NCBI GenBank assembly: GCA_051746725.1
Contig: JBNJFI010000002.1
Span: forward strand, 2,460 to 66,459
Length of the DNA: 64,000 nt
From: Fusobacteriota bacterium
GTDB lineage: Bacteria; Fusobacteriota; Fusobacteriia; Fusobacteriales; JBNJFI01
Reading direction: 5' to 3'
Shown here: positions 55,033 to 64,000 of the stretch, one piece after another
Layout: the number at the start of each line of letters is the position of its first letter
Numbering within the stretch: the stretch's first letter is position 1
The notes under the pieces: model-generated
Database searches by the model: none
What the model was told of the DNA's origin: nothing
Seen by the model: the letters and a program-made list of their open reading frames with translations, nothing else
Made by a program: the position numbers and the translations under genes

Positions 55033-57516
55033 TCATTTTATCGTAATATCATTAAATCTTTCTTTTATTATTGCCCTTACCTCGTTTCTTATCTTTTCGT
55101 ACGATTTTTTTTCAGGATAAACAGCAGGCATATATTCAATAACAATTTTTTTCTTAAATTTAGGTATTCTATTTCCTATGGAAAATGCCTCATATGCTCC
55201 TTTAATAACAACTGGTATTATAGGAACTTTTTTTTCCTTACTCAAAATAGAAAAGACTTTTTTAAATTTCATTATTTCTCCTGTTCTACTTCTTGCTCCT
55301 TCTGGAAATAAAACCATATTTTTATTATTATCAAATACTTTTGCAGTTTTTTGTAATCCTTCTTCAAGATTTTTATTAATATCAACTACTAAGATATTAG
55401 TTTTCTTAGCTAAACTTTTTCTTAATTTACTTTCAAAATGTTTAGATTTTGCTAAAAAATATGTGTCTTTTAATATTTTATCATCTAATCCTAGAGATAT
55501 CAAAAAAGCATCTAAAAAACTTTGATGATTTGGAGTTATTAACATAGGTCCAGTTTTAGGTATATTTTCTTTCCCTTTTATTTCTAGATTAAAATATCCC
55601 TTTAATATTGGTTTCAAAAAAGATTTCATTCCCTTTAATAACATTGTAGATTCATCTATTTCAATTGAATCATTATCTTTTTTGAAAATTTCACTCCAAT
55701 TTACATCTTTATTTTCAATTTTAATTTTCTTTTCCTGTATATAAGATGCTAGATCTTCCACCACCATATACTCTAAAAAATCTTCTGAATCCAAATGAAT
55801 TCCGAATGTTTCTTCTATATAATATTGTAATTCAACCTTATCTAGCGAATCCATTCCAATATCTAATTCAAGATGATCATCAGCATATATGTTTTTATGT
55901 TTTTCTTTTTTGATGAATTCTTTTAATAAATTATATTCTTCAAAATTTGGTTCTTCTTTTTTAGATTTTTTTTCTATTCCCTCCTCTAAAACTTCTTTTA
56001 TCTTAAACCTTTTTATTTTTCCTATTCTGGTTTTAGGGAGTTCTTCATTTACAATTCTTATATCACCTATTTTTTTATAATTAGATGCTTCTAGATTATA
56101 TTTGTCTATTATTTTCCATTTTATTGTTTCTCTGATATTTAAAATTTTGTTTTCTTTAGCATAATTAAAGTTTGGATATATAATTGCTAATAATTGGTTA
56201 TTATATTCTACTACAGCTAACTCTTGAATTAGGTCCGACATTTCTTTTATTTTGTTTTCTAGTTCTACTGGGTTAACATTTTTTCCATTTGATAAAATAA
56301 TGGTATCTTTCTTTCTTCCTGTAACATATAGATATCCCTCATTATCAAAATATCCTTTATCTCCAGTATAAAACCATCCATTTTTTAAAACTTTCTCCGT
56401 TGCTTTTTTATTTTTATAATACCCTTTCATAACCACATCACTTTTTACAACTATTTCTTTATCTACTAATTTTATTTCAGTCCCTGGAATTGGTTCTCCA
56501 ACAGATCCAGCTTTTATTTTCCCCCATCTTTCATTTAATGCAATTATTGGAGCCGTTTCTGTTAATCCATATCCTTCTAATATTTTAAATCCCATGGCCC
56601 AAAAATCTTCAACTATTTTTTTATCTAATTTTGCTCCTCCACTTATAAATAATCCTACTTCTCCTCCAAATTTATCATGAACTTTTTTGAAAAGAGTTCT
56701 TCCCACTTTTAAATTATATATTTTTTTAGAAAGATTATGTAATAGTTTTATGGTTTTATTTGAATTAATTTGACTCATTATTTTCGAATGAAATAATTCG
56801 AAAATACGAGGAACAGCAACAACAACATTAACTTTATATTTATTCATTGCGCTTAAAATAGCATCCCCTGTAAGCGTATCTACAAATACAAGAGTCATTC
56901 CTGTTTGAATAGGGATTAACATGGTTGCAGTTAATGGATATACATGATGAAAAGGTAATATCACTAAAACTTTCTCTTCTTTTTTAACCATATTTAACTT
57001 TGAAATGCTTTTTATTTCTGTCATAAAATTTTTCATAGTTAACATTACGCCTTTTGGAGATCCAGTTGTACCAGATGTATATATTAAAGCGCCTACTTCT
57101 TCAGGTTTTTTCTCATATTTTCCTTCTTCATATTTAAAATCTTCATCAGTTATTTGATCAATATTTATAACGTTTATATTCTCTTTTTTGCCAATGGATT
57201 TTATAGCTTTTTGTAAGGTATCCAAACTTTTGTTCGAAGTTATTATAACCTCTGTATCAGAATCATTTACAATATGAGCTACTTCCTCACTTGTTGCCAT
57301 TGCATCAATTAAAACATTTTGACCCCCTTTTTTCCAAGATCCAAAAAAAGTGTATAACCATTCAGGTCTATTTTCAAAGAATAATCCTACTTTCGAATTA
57401 TCTTTTAGATTAAACAATTTTGAATATTTTTTATTATTTAATTTTAATTCTTTATATGATATTTTTTTATCTTTAAATATTAAAGCAGTTTTATTAAAAT
57501 CTGTTATTTTATACAT
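55033..57516 (-). CDS. tri-domain fusion: acyl-AMP ligase (AMP-binding) + carrier (PP-binding) domain + PlsC-type lysophospholipid acyltransferase (Aas-like)
   Basis: The AMP-binding motifs are YTSGTTGSPKGV and YTGDKG. The carrier-like segment is LDIGMDSLDKVEL. The acyltransferase has HX4D (NHQSFLD) and FPEGARS. Confidence 0.8.
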   Translation of the reverse strand: MYKITDFNKTALIFKDKKISYKELKLNNKKYSKLFNLKDNSKVGLFFENRPEWLYTFFGSWKKGGQNVLIDAMATSEEVAHIVNDSDTEVIITSNKSLDTLQKAIKSIGKKENINVINIDQITDEDFKYEEGKYEKKPEEVGALIYTSGTTGSPKGVMLTMKNFMTEIKSISKLNMVKKEEKVLVILPFHHVYPLTATMLIPIQTGMTLVFVDTLTGDAILSAMNKYKVNVVVAVPRIFELFHSKIMSQINSNKTIKLLHNLSKKIYNLKVGRTLFKKVHDKFGGEVGLFISGGAKLDKKIVEDFWAMGFKILEGYGLTETAPIIALNERWGKIKAGSVGEPIPGTEIKLVDKEIVVKSDVVMKGYYKNKKATEKVLKNGWFYTGDKGYFDNEGYLYVTGRKKDTIILSNGKNVNPVELENKIKEMSDLIQELAVVEYNNQLLAIIYPNFNYAKENKILNIRETIKWKIIDKYNLEASNYKKIGDIRIVNEELPKTRIGKIKRFKIKEVLEEGIEKKSKKEEPNFEEYNLLKEFIKKEKHKNIYADDHLELDIGMDSLDKVELQYYIEETFGIHLDSEDFLEYMVVEDLASYIQEKKIKIENKDVNWSEIFKKDNDSIEIDESTMLLKGMKSFLKPILKGYFNLEIKGKENIPKTGPMLITPNHQSFLDAFLISLGLDDKILKDTYFLAKSKHFESKLRKSLAKKTNILVVDINKNLEEGLQKTAKVFDNNKNMVLFPEGARSRTGEIMKFKKVFSILSKEKKVPIIPVVIKGAYEAFSIGNRIPKFKKKIVIEYMPAVYPEKKSYEKIRNEVRAIIKERFNDITIK

Positions 57517-57551
57517 TTTTCCCCCTCAACACTCATTATGTTTTTAACCTT

Positions 57552-59723
57552 TTAGATCTTTTTTGAAATTAAAATTATTGAACTCCGACCTTCTACTTTA
57601 TATTTTTTAGATGTAACTATTTTTCCTTCATCCAAAAAAGCATTTTCTTTATCAGTATCGACTATTCTATACCAATTTTTTCCTTTCAATTTTGGGAGTT
57701 CAAAATCCAAAGCATCTGTATGTGCATTTAAGGCAACATAAATATCATTATCACTTGGAGTTTCTTTATCCATGAAGTCTTCTCCACTTATCATAAAAGC
57801 TAATACTCTTGAAAAGTATCCCCAATCAGGTTTTTCAAGTTTGGTTCCATGCCAAGTAATATCTGGAACACCGTCACCTGAAAGATCTTTGCTTAGAAAG
57901 AAGTGAGCTCGTTTTAATGAGTGATGTTCTTTTCTAAATTTAAACATTTTTTTTACAAATTCATTAATGTCAGCATATTCTTTTTTGTTATCCCAATCTA
58001 GCCAGTTTATATCATTATCATGACAATAAGTATTGTTATTTCCGCCTTTGCTTCTAGCGAACTCATCTCCCATTAACATCATAGGCACTCCTTGAGAAAT
58101 ACCTAATATTACAAAAAAGTTTTTTACTTGTTTTTTTCTAAGGTTTATGATCTCAGGGTCTCCTGTCTTTCCTTCGACACCATGGTTATAACTGTAATTG
58201 TCATTAGCTCCATCTCTATTTCGCTCTCCATTTTCAAAATTATGCTTTTCATTATAAGAAACTAAATCCCACATTGTAAATCCATCATGTGCAGTAATAA
58301 AATTAATGCTATGATATGGTTTTCTTCCATATTTTTTAAATAGATCAGGACTTCCAACTAATCTAGTAGCTAAGTCTCCTACAACCCCATGATCTCCCTT
58401 TATGAATTTTCTTACAGTATCTCTAAATTTTCCATTCCATTCTGCCCATCCAACTGGAAATTCTCCAACGTGATATCCTCCACCGGCATCCCAACCTTCT
58501 GCTATAAGTTTGCTTCCAGATATAATAGGATCATCTGCAATATCTTTTAATAAAGAAAGATCTCCTATCCACTCTCCATTAGAAGATCGACCTAATATTG
58601 CTGCCAAATCAAATCTAAATCCATCTACATGCATTTCTTGAACCCAATATCTTAGACTATCAATAATCATCTCTTTTACAACTGCATGACTACAGTTTAA
58701 TGTATTTCCAGTACCAGAATAATTACAATAATATCTTTTATTTTCATCGGATAACATATAATATATTGAATTGTCAAATCCTTTAAAAGAAATCGAAGGA
58801 CCTTTTTCATTTCCTTCTCCTGTATGGTTATAAACAACGTCTAATATAACTTCCATTCCCTCTTGGTGAAGAGCCTTTACAAAATCTTTAAATTTAAATA
58901 CTTGTTCTCCTAATCTAGGTCCCTTTGTATAGTTACCGGTTACAGCAAAAAAGCATAATGGATTATAGCCCCATATATCTTTTAAAGGTTCTCCTGTTGC
59001 TGGGTTAACACCAGTGGGAGCATTTATATTAAATTCGAATATTGGTAATAGTTCAATAGCAGTAATCCCTAATTCTTTTAAGTGTTGGATCTTTTCTAAA
59101 ATCCCTTCGAAAGTCCCTCTGTCTTTATCATCTAATCCAGAGCTTCTATCTTGTGTAAATAATCTTACATGCATTTCATATATAAATGTATCTTTTAGTG
59201 GAATTCTAGGATGTTTATCCCCATCCCAGTCATATTGACTTTCATCTATAATTATTGATTTTGAATTGAGTTGGGCAGAATCATCTTCAGAAAAAGTAGT
59301 ATCATCTTCTAAAGATTTTTTCTTATCATAACTGTAACTTGCTTCATCTCCAAAATCGTATTGATTAGAAACGGCTTTGGCATATGGATCAATTAATAAC
59401 TTATTTTTATTAAATCTATGACCTTTAGTAGGCTCATATTCACCATCAACTCTCCAACCGTAAAACTGTCTATCCTTTATTCCGCCCACATGTATATGCC
59501 ATATGTCACCTGTTTTATTTCTTATTTCATCTAATTTATGTTTGAATATTGGTTTTCTATCATAGTAATTCTCATATATTTCCAATGTCACGGATTTTGC
59601 ATTTCTTGAAAATACTGCAAAATTTACTCCTATGCTATCAACTGTTGCTCCTAATATTGTAGTTCCATCCTTTATTTTATATTCCACTTTTATCATCCCT
59701 TCATTCCATTTATTTTTAAACAT
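57552..59723 (-). CDS. glgX: glycogen debranching enzyme (GH13, GlgX/isoamylase type)
   Basis: An N-terminal CBM48-like region is present. The GH13 regions are DVVYNHT, GFRFDLA, EGWD and FITAHD. Confidence 0.9.
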   Translation of the reverse strand: MFKNKWNEGMIKVEYKIKDGTTILGATVDSIGVNFAVFSRNAKSVTLEIYENYYDRKPIFKHKLDEIRNKTGDIWHIHVGGIKDRQFYGWRVDGEYEPTKGHRFNKNKLLIDPYAKAVSNQYDFGDEASYSYDKKKSLEDDTTFSEDDSAQLNSKSIIIDESQYDWDGDKHPRIPLKDTFIYEMHVRLFTQDRSSGLDDKDRGTFEGILEKIQHLKELGITAIELLPIFEFNINAPTGVNPATGEPLKDIWGYNPLCFFAVTGNYTKGPRLGEQVFKFKDFVKALHQEGMEVILDVVYNHTGEGNEKGPSISFKGFDNSIYYMLSDENKRYYCNYSGTGNTLNCSHAVVKEMIIDSLRYWVQEMHVDGFRFDLAAILGRSSNGEWIGDLSLLKDIADDPIISGSKLIAEGWDAGGGYHVGEFPVGWAEWNGKFRDTVRKFIKGDHGVVGDLATRLVGSPDLFKKYGRKPYHSINFITAHDGFTMWDLVSYNEKHNFENGERNRDGANDNYSYNHGVEGKTGDPEIINLRKKQVKNFFVILGISQGVPMMLMGDEFARSKGGNNNTYCHDNDINWLDWDNKKEYADINEFVKKMFKFRKEHHSLKRAHFFLSKDLSGDGVPDITWHGTKLEKPDWGYFSRVLAFMISGEDFMDKETPSDNDIYVALNAHTDALDFELPKLKGKNWYRIVDTDKENAFLDEGKIVTSKKYKVEGRSSIILISKKI

Positions 59724-61071
59724 TTTCGACTAAATTATTGAGCCATTTTTTTGAAATTAATCTTTTTAATCCAAAAATCATTTTAAAAATTTCTTCTAAA
59801 TTAGCAAATATATATACATAATATATAGATAAATCAAGAACTAAGCCTGTAATTAAAGCTAATGGTACTCCTATCAACCATATTCCTCCTAATTCGAGAA
59901 AAAGACCATATTTAGTATCTCCACCACTTCTTAATATCCCCACTATATTTGTCATGTTGAACACTTTAAATGGCATATATATGCTAAAAATAATTAATAA
60001 TATCCTTGAATAATTATAAACCTGTTCAGAAACATCATAGATTTTAAGTATATATCCTGAACTAAAAATCAACATTGTACTTATAAATATCGATAAAAAC
60101 GGACCTATAATAATACTCTTTTTTGCATAATCAAAAGCTCTTTCTTTATTCCCTTTTCCTATTTCATTTCCAATCATTATTCCCGCAGCATTCCCTATTC
60201 CAATAAATAATACAAATGCAATCCTTTCTATACTGCCTTCGATATTAATTGCTGCTAAAGATGCTGTTCCTATTCTAGCATATACAATATTATAGGTTGT
60301 TATTCCTAAAGCCCAAAAAAGTTCATGGACCATTATAGGAAAAGATGTTTTGAAAAATCTTTTAAATAATGTGAAATCAAACGTAAATAATTCTTTTAAT
60401 CTCCCTGCTAAAGGAAATTTTCTTGCATAGGTAATTGAAATTATTACAAAACATTCAATTGTTCTTGCTATTAATGTAGCCAAAGCTGCTCCTCTTACTC
60501 CCATGGCAGGAAATCCAAATTTTCCGAAAATAAATATATAATTTAAAGTTGCGTTTATTAAAAGAGAAACTAAACTTGTATACATGGGTATTTTTGTTCT
60601 CTCGATACTTCGTAATGCTATGGAAAATGCAAATGCTATAGAAGTAAAAATATAACTCCATGATACAATTTTCAAATATCCATAACCCTGATTTATAACT
60701 TCTAGATCTTTTGTATATACTCTAAGTAATATTTTTCCATAATATTGAACTCCCAAAAAAGAAAAAGCGGTTACTATAATGCCTAGCGAAATCGCTATCC
60801 CCAGAGTTTCTTTTATCTTAGAGATATTTCTCTTTCCCCAAAACTGAGCTATAAATACTGAGCTTCCACTATTAATCCCAAATAGCATTAAAACTATTAG
60901 GAAAAATATTTGATTTGCTAAACCTAAAGCTGCAATTGAAACCTCTCCTAGTTGTCCAACCATAAATACATCTATTATATTCATTGAAGACATGATAAGA
61001 TTCTGTAATGCTATTGGTAATCCTATTATCAACAATTTTTTTAAAAATTCCTTGTCTTTTAGTATATTCAT
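59716..61071 (-). CDS. MATE-family efflux transporter
   Basis: The protein is 451 aa with 12 TM segments. The N-terminus LIIGLPIALQNLIMSSMNIIDVFMVGQLG is typical of MATE/NorM. Confidence 0.85.
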   Translation of the reverse strand: MNILKDKEFLKKLLIIGLPIALQNLIMSSMNIIDVFMVGQLGEVSIAALGLANQIFFLIVLMLFGINSGSSVFIAQFWGKRNISKIKETLGIAISLGIIVTAFSFLGVQYYGKILLRVYTKDLEVINQGYGYLKIVSWSYIFTSIAFAFSIALRSIERTKIPMYTSLVSLLINATLNYIFIFGKFGFPAMGVRGAALATLIARTIECFVIISITYARKFPLAGRLKELFTFDFTLFKRFFKTSFPIMVHELFWALGITTYNIVYARIGTASLAAINIEGSIERIAFVLFIGIGNAAGIMIGNEIGKGNKERAFDYAKKSIIIGPFLSIFISTMLIFSSGYILKIYDVSEQVYNYSRILLIIFSIYMPFKVFNMTNIVGILRSGGDTKYGLFLELGGIWLIGVPLALITGLVLDLSIYYVYIFANLEEIFKMIFGLKRLISKKWLNNLVENV

Positions 61072-61112
61072 TTCTTGCCTCTTTTCTCAAGTATGTTTCG
61101 AAGGTAGTATTA

Positions 61113-61940
61113 CTAGTCATCATCTTTTTCTATGTTAACTTCAATGAAAACAGGAAGATGATCGCTAACTGTTTTTCTAATTTCTTTATGGTTATTAACT
61201 GTAAAATCATAGACTCCATAATTTCCTGTGAATTCTTTAGTGTGTTTATATGAGTAAAAAATATTATCGTAGCTAGAAGCTAAACCGTGGTGTCCTATGG
61301 TTGTTTTATTGGTCGGGTCAATAGCATAATATATCTCATCTTCTAAACTAAATAACTGAGAAAAGGCTTCATCATATGCTGGAAGATTGAAATCTCCCCC
61401 AATTAAAACATCTTGTTCGGAACCATTAATCTTTTGAAAATACATATATACATCATCTATCAATCTAGCTTCATTTTGTCTTTCTGTTTTTTTATCACCA
61501 AAAATTGAGTGAACTAAAACATAGGTGAAGTCGAATTCTCCTATTCTGAAATCTGCTCCATAAGGTTCACGAGAAAAATCAGATTCATTTTCTTCCTCAA
61601 AAAAGCCTAGTTCTCTTATCATCTCTACTCGATCTTTTTTCCAAATATAAGCATAATATTCTTGATAATATTTACTAGATCCCACTGATTCTGAAGTAAT
61701 ATAATACCCCCATTTTTCTCCCGTTTGATTTTGTAGTTCATCTCTTAATTTAATTAATCCACTTTCTTTCATTACTTCCTGTAACCCTACAAGATCAAAA
61801 AGAGAAATAATAGGAGCTAATTTTTTAATATTTTTACCTTTCCATCCTAAGTGTTTAACATTAAAACTACTTATTATTGCAACATCACTACCAATTCCTA
61901 TTTTAAATACTATAAAAAATATAATTATAATTTTTTTCAT
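61113..61940 (-). CDS. secreted endonuclease/exonuclease/phosphatase (EEP, DNase I-like) family protein
   Basis: The ATG at 61940 follows GGTGGAG; the track ORF extends to 62018, into metH. A signal peptide MKKIIIIFFIVFKIG is present. The EEP motifs are GLQEV, IGGDFN and SDHLPV. Confidence 0.75.
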   Translation of the reverse strand: MKKIIIIFFIVFKIGIGSDVAIISSFNVKHLGWKGKNIKKLAPIISLFDLVGLQEVMKESGLIKLRDELQNQTGEKWGYYITSESVGSSKYYQEYYAYIWKKDRVEMIRELGFFEEENESDFSREPYGADFRIGEFDFTYVLVHSIFGDKKTERQNEARLIDDVYMYFQKINGSEQDVLIGGDFNLPAYDEAFSQLFSLEDEIYYAIDPTNKTTIGHHGLASSYDNIFYSYKHTKEFTGNYGVYDFTVNNHKEIRKTVSDHLPVFIEVNIEKDDD

Positions 61941-61962
61941 ACTCCACCTTTTTTGAATAGCC

Positions 61963-64000
61963 TTATTTATTTTCCTTTTTTCTTTTTTGAACAGCCTTTT
62001 TTGCAACACGAACAGCATCTACAGCATCAGTAGAATAATAAACACCTTCTTCTTTTGCAAATTCAGGTGTAACTACTGCACCACCTACCATTATTTCCAC
62101 ATCTAATTTTTCTTCTTTTATTTTGTGTATTGTTTTTTTCATTTCCACCATTGTAGTTGTCATTAAAGCACTTAACCCAATTATATCTAATTTTTCTTCT
62201 TTAATAGTATTAATTATAGTTTTTGTGTTGACATCTTTACCTAAATCTATAACTTCAAATCCATTATTTTCTAGTAGTACAACAACTATATTTTTACCTA
62301 TATCATGTATATCATTTTTAACCGTTGCAAAAGCAACCTTACCTAAAGAATTAGAATCATCATCTTCCATATTTTCTTTAAGCATATTAACTCCTTTTTC
62401 CATGGTATTTGCTGAAGCGATTAATTGTGGTAAAAAATATATACCTTTATCGTATAAATCCCCAACTTTAGTAATACTTGGAATTAATATTTTATTAATT
62501 ATATCTAACGGTTTCATCTTTTTCATTAAAATATTTAACTCAGGGATTATATCTTCAGAATTCCCTTTTAAGATTATATTTTCTACTTTTTCTTCTATAG
62601 AAAGATTTTTCTCATTTTCAAGTTTTTTATTATCTTGATTTTCATCTCCTTCTTTACTACTAAACAATATATAATTACTAGATTTCTTATCTCTATTTGT
62701 TAAAACACAACCTGCCATTATAGCTTGTTTCATTCTAGTATCCATGGGATTCATTATTGGTAGATCTAATCCTGCTCCAATACACATTGAAATAAATGCA
62801 GAATTTATATGACTTCTACTTGGTAACCCAAAGGATATATTGCTAACTCCCAATACAGTATTTAAACCTAAGTTTTCTTTTATTAATCTTATTGTTTTGA
62901 CTGTTTCCAGAGCTTTATCTTGTTCAGCTGAAGCAGTTAAAACTAATGCATCTATTAAAATATCCTCTTTTTTGATACCATATCCCATTCCTTTTTCCAT
63001 TATCTTTTTTGCAACTTTATATCTATCTTCTGCTTTTCTAGGAATACCGGATTCATCAAGTGTCAGACCTAAGACAGCTGCTCCGTATTTTTTAGCCAAA
63101 GGAAAAACTTTTTTCATGCTTTTTTCTTTCCCCATTACAGAATTAATTAGAGGTTTTCCAGAACATGCTTTCAATCCTTCTTCTAACGCATTTATATCGG
63201 TTGTATCTATAGCAACTGGAACATTTACGACATTTTCCACAGCCATTATTGCTTTCTTCATCATCTTAGCTTCATCAATAGTTCCTAAACCAACATTTAT
63301 ATCTAAAACAGCTGCTCCATTATCTACTTGACTCAAAGCTTTTTTTCTTATCTCTGTAGTTCTATATTTCTTAATATTTTCTTTAACTTTTTTCGAAGCG
63401 TTGGGATTTATTTTTTCCCCTAATATTTTAACCATTTCACTGGAACCAATTTTTTCATAACCACTTCTAGACGCTAAATAAGTAACTCCCGTTTTGTTTT
63501 TTCTCTCTCTTTTAGGACTTGACTTGAGCTTTTCACTAATCATTTTCAAATGTTCAGGACTAGTTCCGCAACATCCACCAATCACATTTATTCCAAGTTC
63601 ATAAAATTTTTCCGAGTAGTCACACATAAATTTAGGAGTTGCATCAAAAACTGTTTTATCATCCACTAACTTTGGTAATCCCGCATTAGGTTGAACAAAT
63701 AAAGGTCTATCTGTAACTTCTATCATTTCTTCTAAAAATTCATAAAGCTTTTTTGGACCTAGACTACAGTTTACTCCTATTACATCTACATCTAAACTAT
63801 CTAATATTATAGCAGCGGTTTTAGGATCAGTACCTGTAACTGTTCTTCCATTTTCTTGAAAAGTCATAGAAGCCATTATTGGTAAATTTGTGTTAGTTTT
63901 TATTGCAATTATAGCAGCTTTCATCTCTTTTATATCAGTCATTGTTTCAACTAATATACCATCAGCTCCTGCTTTTTCTAAAATAATTGCCTGTTCTCTA
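61963..64000 (-). CDS. metH: cobalamin-dependent methionine synthase (partial; N-terminus beyond the window); no C-terminal AdoMet reactivation domain
   Basis: The Hcy-binding domain end is GGCCGT, followed by a pterin-binding domain. The B12-binding domain is DIHDIGKNIV...GLSALMTTT. The protein terminates about 60 aa after the B12 domain. The frame is open to base 64000. Confidence 0.9.
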   Translation of the reverse strand, partial: REQAIILEKAGADGILVETMTDIKEMKAAIIAIKTNTNLPIMASMTFQENGRTVTGTDPKTAAIILDSLDVDVIGVNCSLGPKKLYEFLEEMIEVTDRPLFVQPNAGLPKLVDDKTVFDATPKFMCDYSEKFYELGINVIGGCCGTSPEHLKMISEKLKSSPKRERKNKTGVTYLASRSGYEKIGSSEMVKILGEKINPNASKKVKENIKKYRTTEIRKKALSQVDNGAAVLDINVGLGTIDEAKMMKKAIMAVENVVNVPVAIDTTDINALEEGLKACSGKPLINSVMGKEKSMKKVFPLAKKYGAAVLGLTLDESGIPRKAEDRYKVAKKIMEKGMGYGIKKEDILIDALVLTASAEQDKALETVKTIRLIKENLGLNTVLGVSNISFGLPSRSHINSAFISMCIGAGLDLPIMNPMDTRMKQAIMAGCVLTNRDKKSSNYILFSSKEGDENQDNKKLENEKNLSIEEKVENIILKGNSEDIIPELNILMKKMKPLDIINKILIPSITKVGDLYDKGIYFLPQLIASANTMEKGVNMLKENMEDDDSNSLGKVAFATVKNDIHDIGKNIVVVLLENNGFEVIDLGKDVNTKTIINTIKEEKLDIIGLSALMTTTMVEMKKTIHKIKEEKLDVEIMVGGAVVTPEFAKEEGVYYSTDAVDAVRVAKKAVQKRKKENK

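Noticed and set aside
62123-63331. Long + strand ORFs (171 aa and 163 aa) lie opposite metH. Similar antisense ORFs occur at 45272-45739, 44378-44722, 55178-55525, 51228-51587 and 36406-36699.
   Set aside because: They lie entirely antisense to well-supported genes with clear motifs. Their sequence is low-complexity and Ser/Phe/Ile-rich, typical of shadow frames in AT-rich DNA. None has an RBS.
1-64000. I looked for mobile-element, prophage, CRISPR-Cas and toxin-antitoxin signatures.
   Set aside because: No transposase, integrase or terminal inverted repeats were seen. There are no spaced short direct repeats and no small paired ORFs typical of TA modules. Composition looks uniform by eye, so the window appears to be core chromosome.

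Overview
This is an AT-rich (roughly 70% A+T by eye), densely coding bacterial chromosomal window. Strong GGAGG-type ribosome-binding sites and many ATGA or other short gene overlaps are visible. The content is almost entirely housekeeping. The left part (1-28.3 kb) is nearly all on the + strand. It carries rsmE, a three-gene AddAB-like helicase/nuclease set, an MFS transporter, gmhA, ftsK, maf, mreB, a GAF-GGDEF cyclase, scpB, rluB, hisD, gatCAB, an ABC transporter, a cvfB-like gene and thrC. The right part (28.5-64 kb) is entirely on the - strand. It carries dapF, an amino-acid ABC transporter, tRNA-Asp and tRNA-Thr, a PHP / CBS-HATPase / DRTGG trio, proC, pgsA, rimO, pnp, rpsO, folD, rex, fmt, def, priA, pabA/B/C, a PBP, purU, an Aas-like fusion, glgX, a MATE pump, a secreted EEP nuclease and metH. 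I see no CRISPR array, transposase, integrase or phage module, so this is not an obvious mobile island. Gene content and protein style resemble a low-GC Thermotogota-like or Fusobacteriota-like organism, but I cannot assign taxonomy from the sequence alone. The observations most worth a second look are: (1) the coding strand flips convergently at about 28.4 kb, and the 179-bp gap there holds a 28-bp sequence closely resembling known dif (Xer) sites, so this is probably the replication terminus. (2) The largest non-coding gap (618 bp, 34115-34732) holds three tandem copies of a ~150-bp unit, each with an imperfect long hairpin, between the CBS-HATPase and PHP genes. (3) There is a split, minimal AddAB-like end-processing or defence-like module: a degenerate SF1 protein, an active UvrD-type helicase lacking a nuclease domain, and a stand-alone Cas4/AddB-type Fe-S nuclease. 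(4) A stand-alone receiver-domain gene is translationally coupled inside the pabB-pabA operon, within a larger folate/C1 neighbourhood. All functional calls come from motif recognition by eye; no database search was run.
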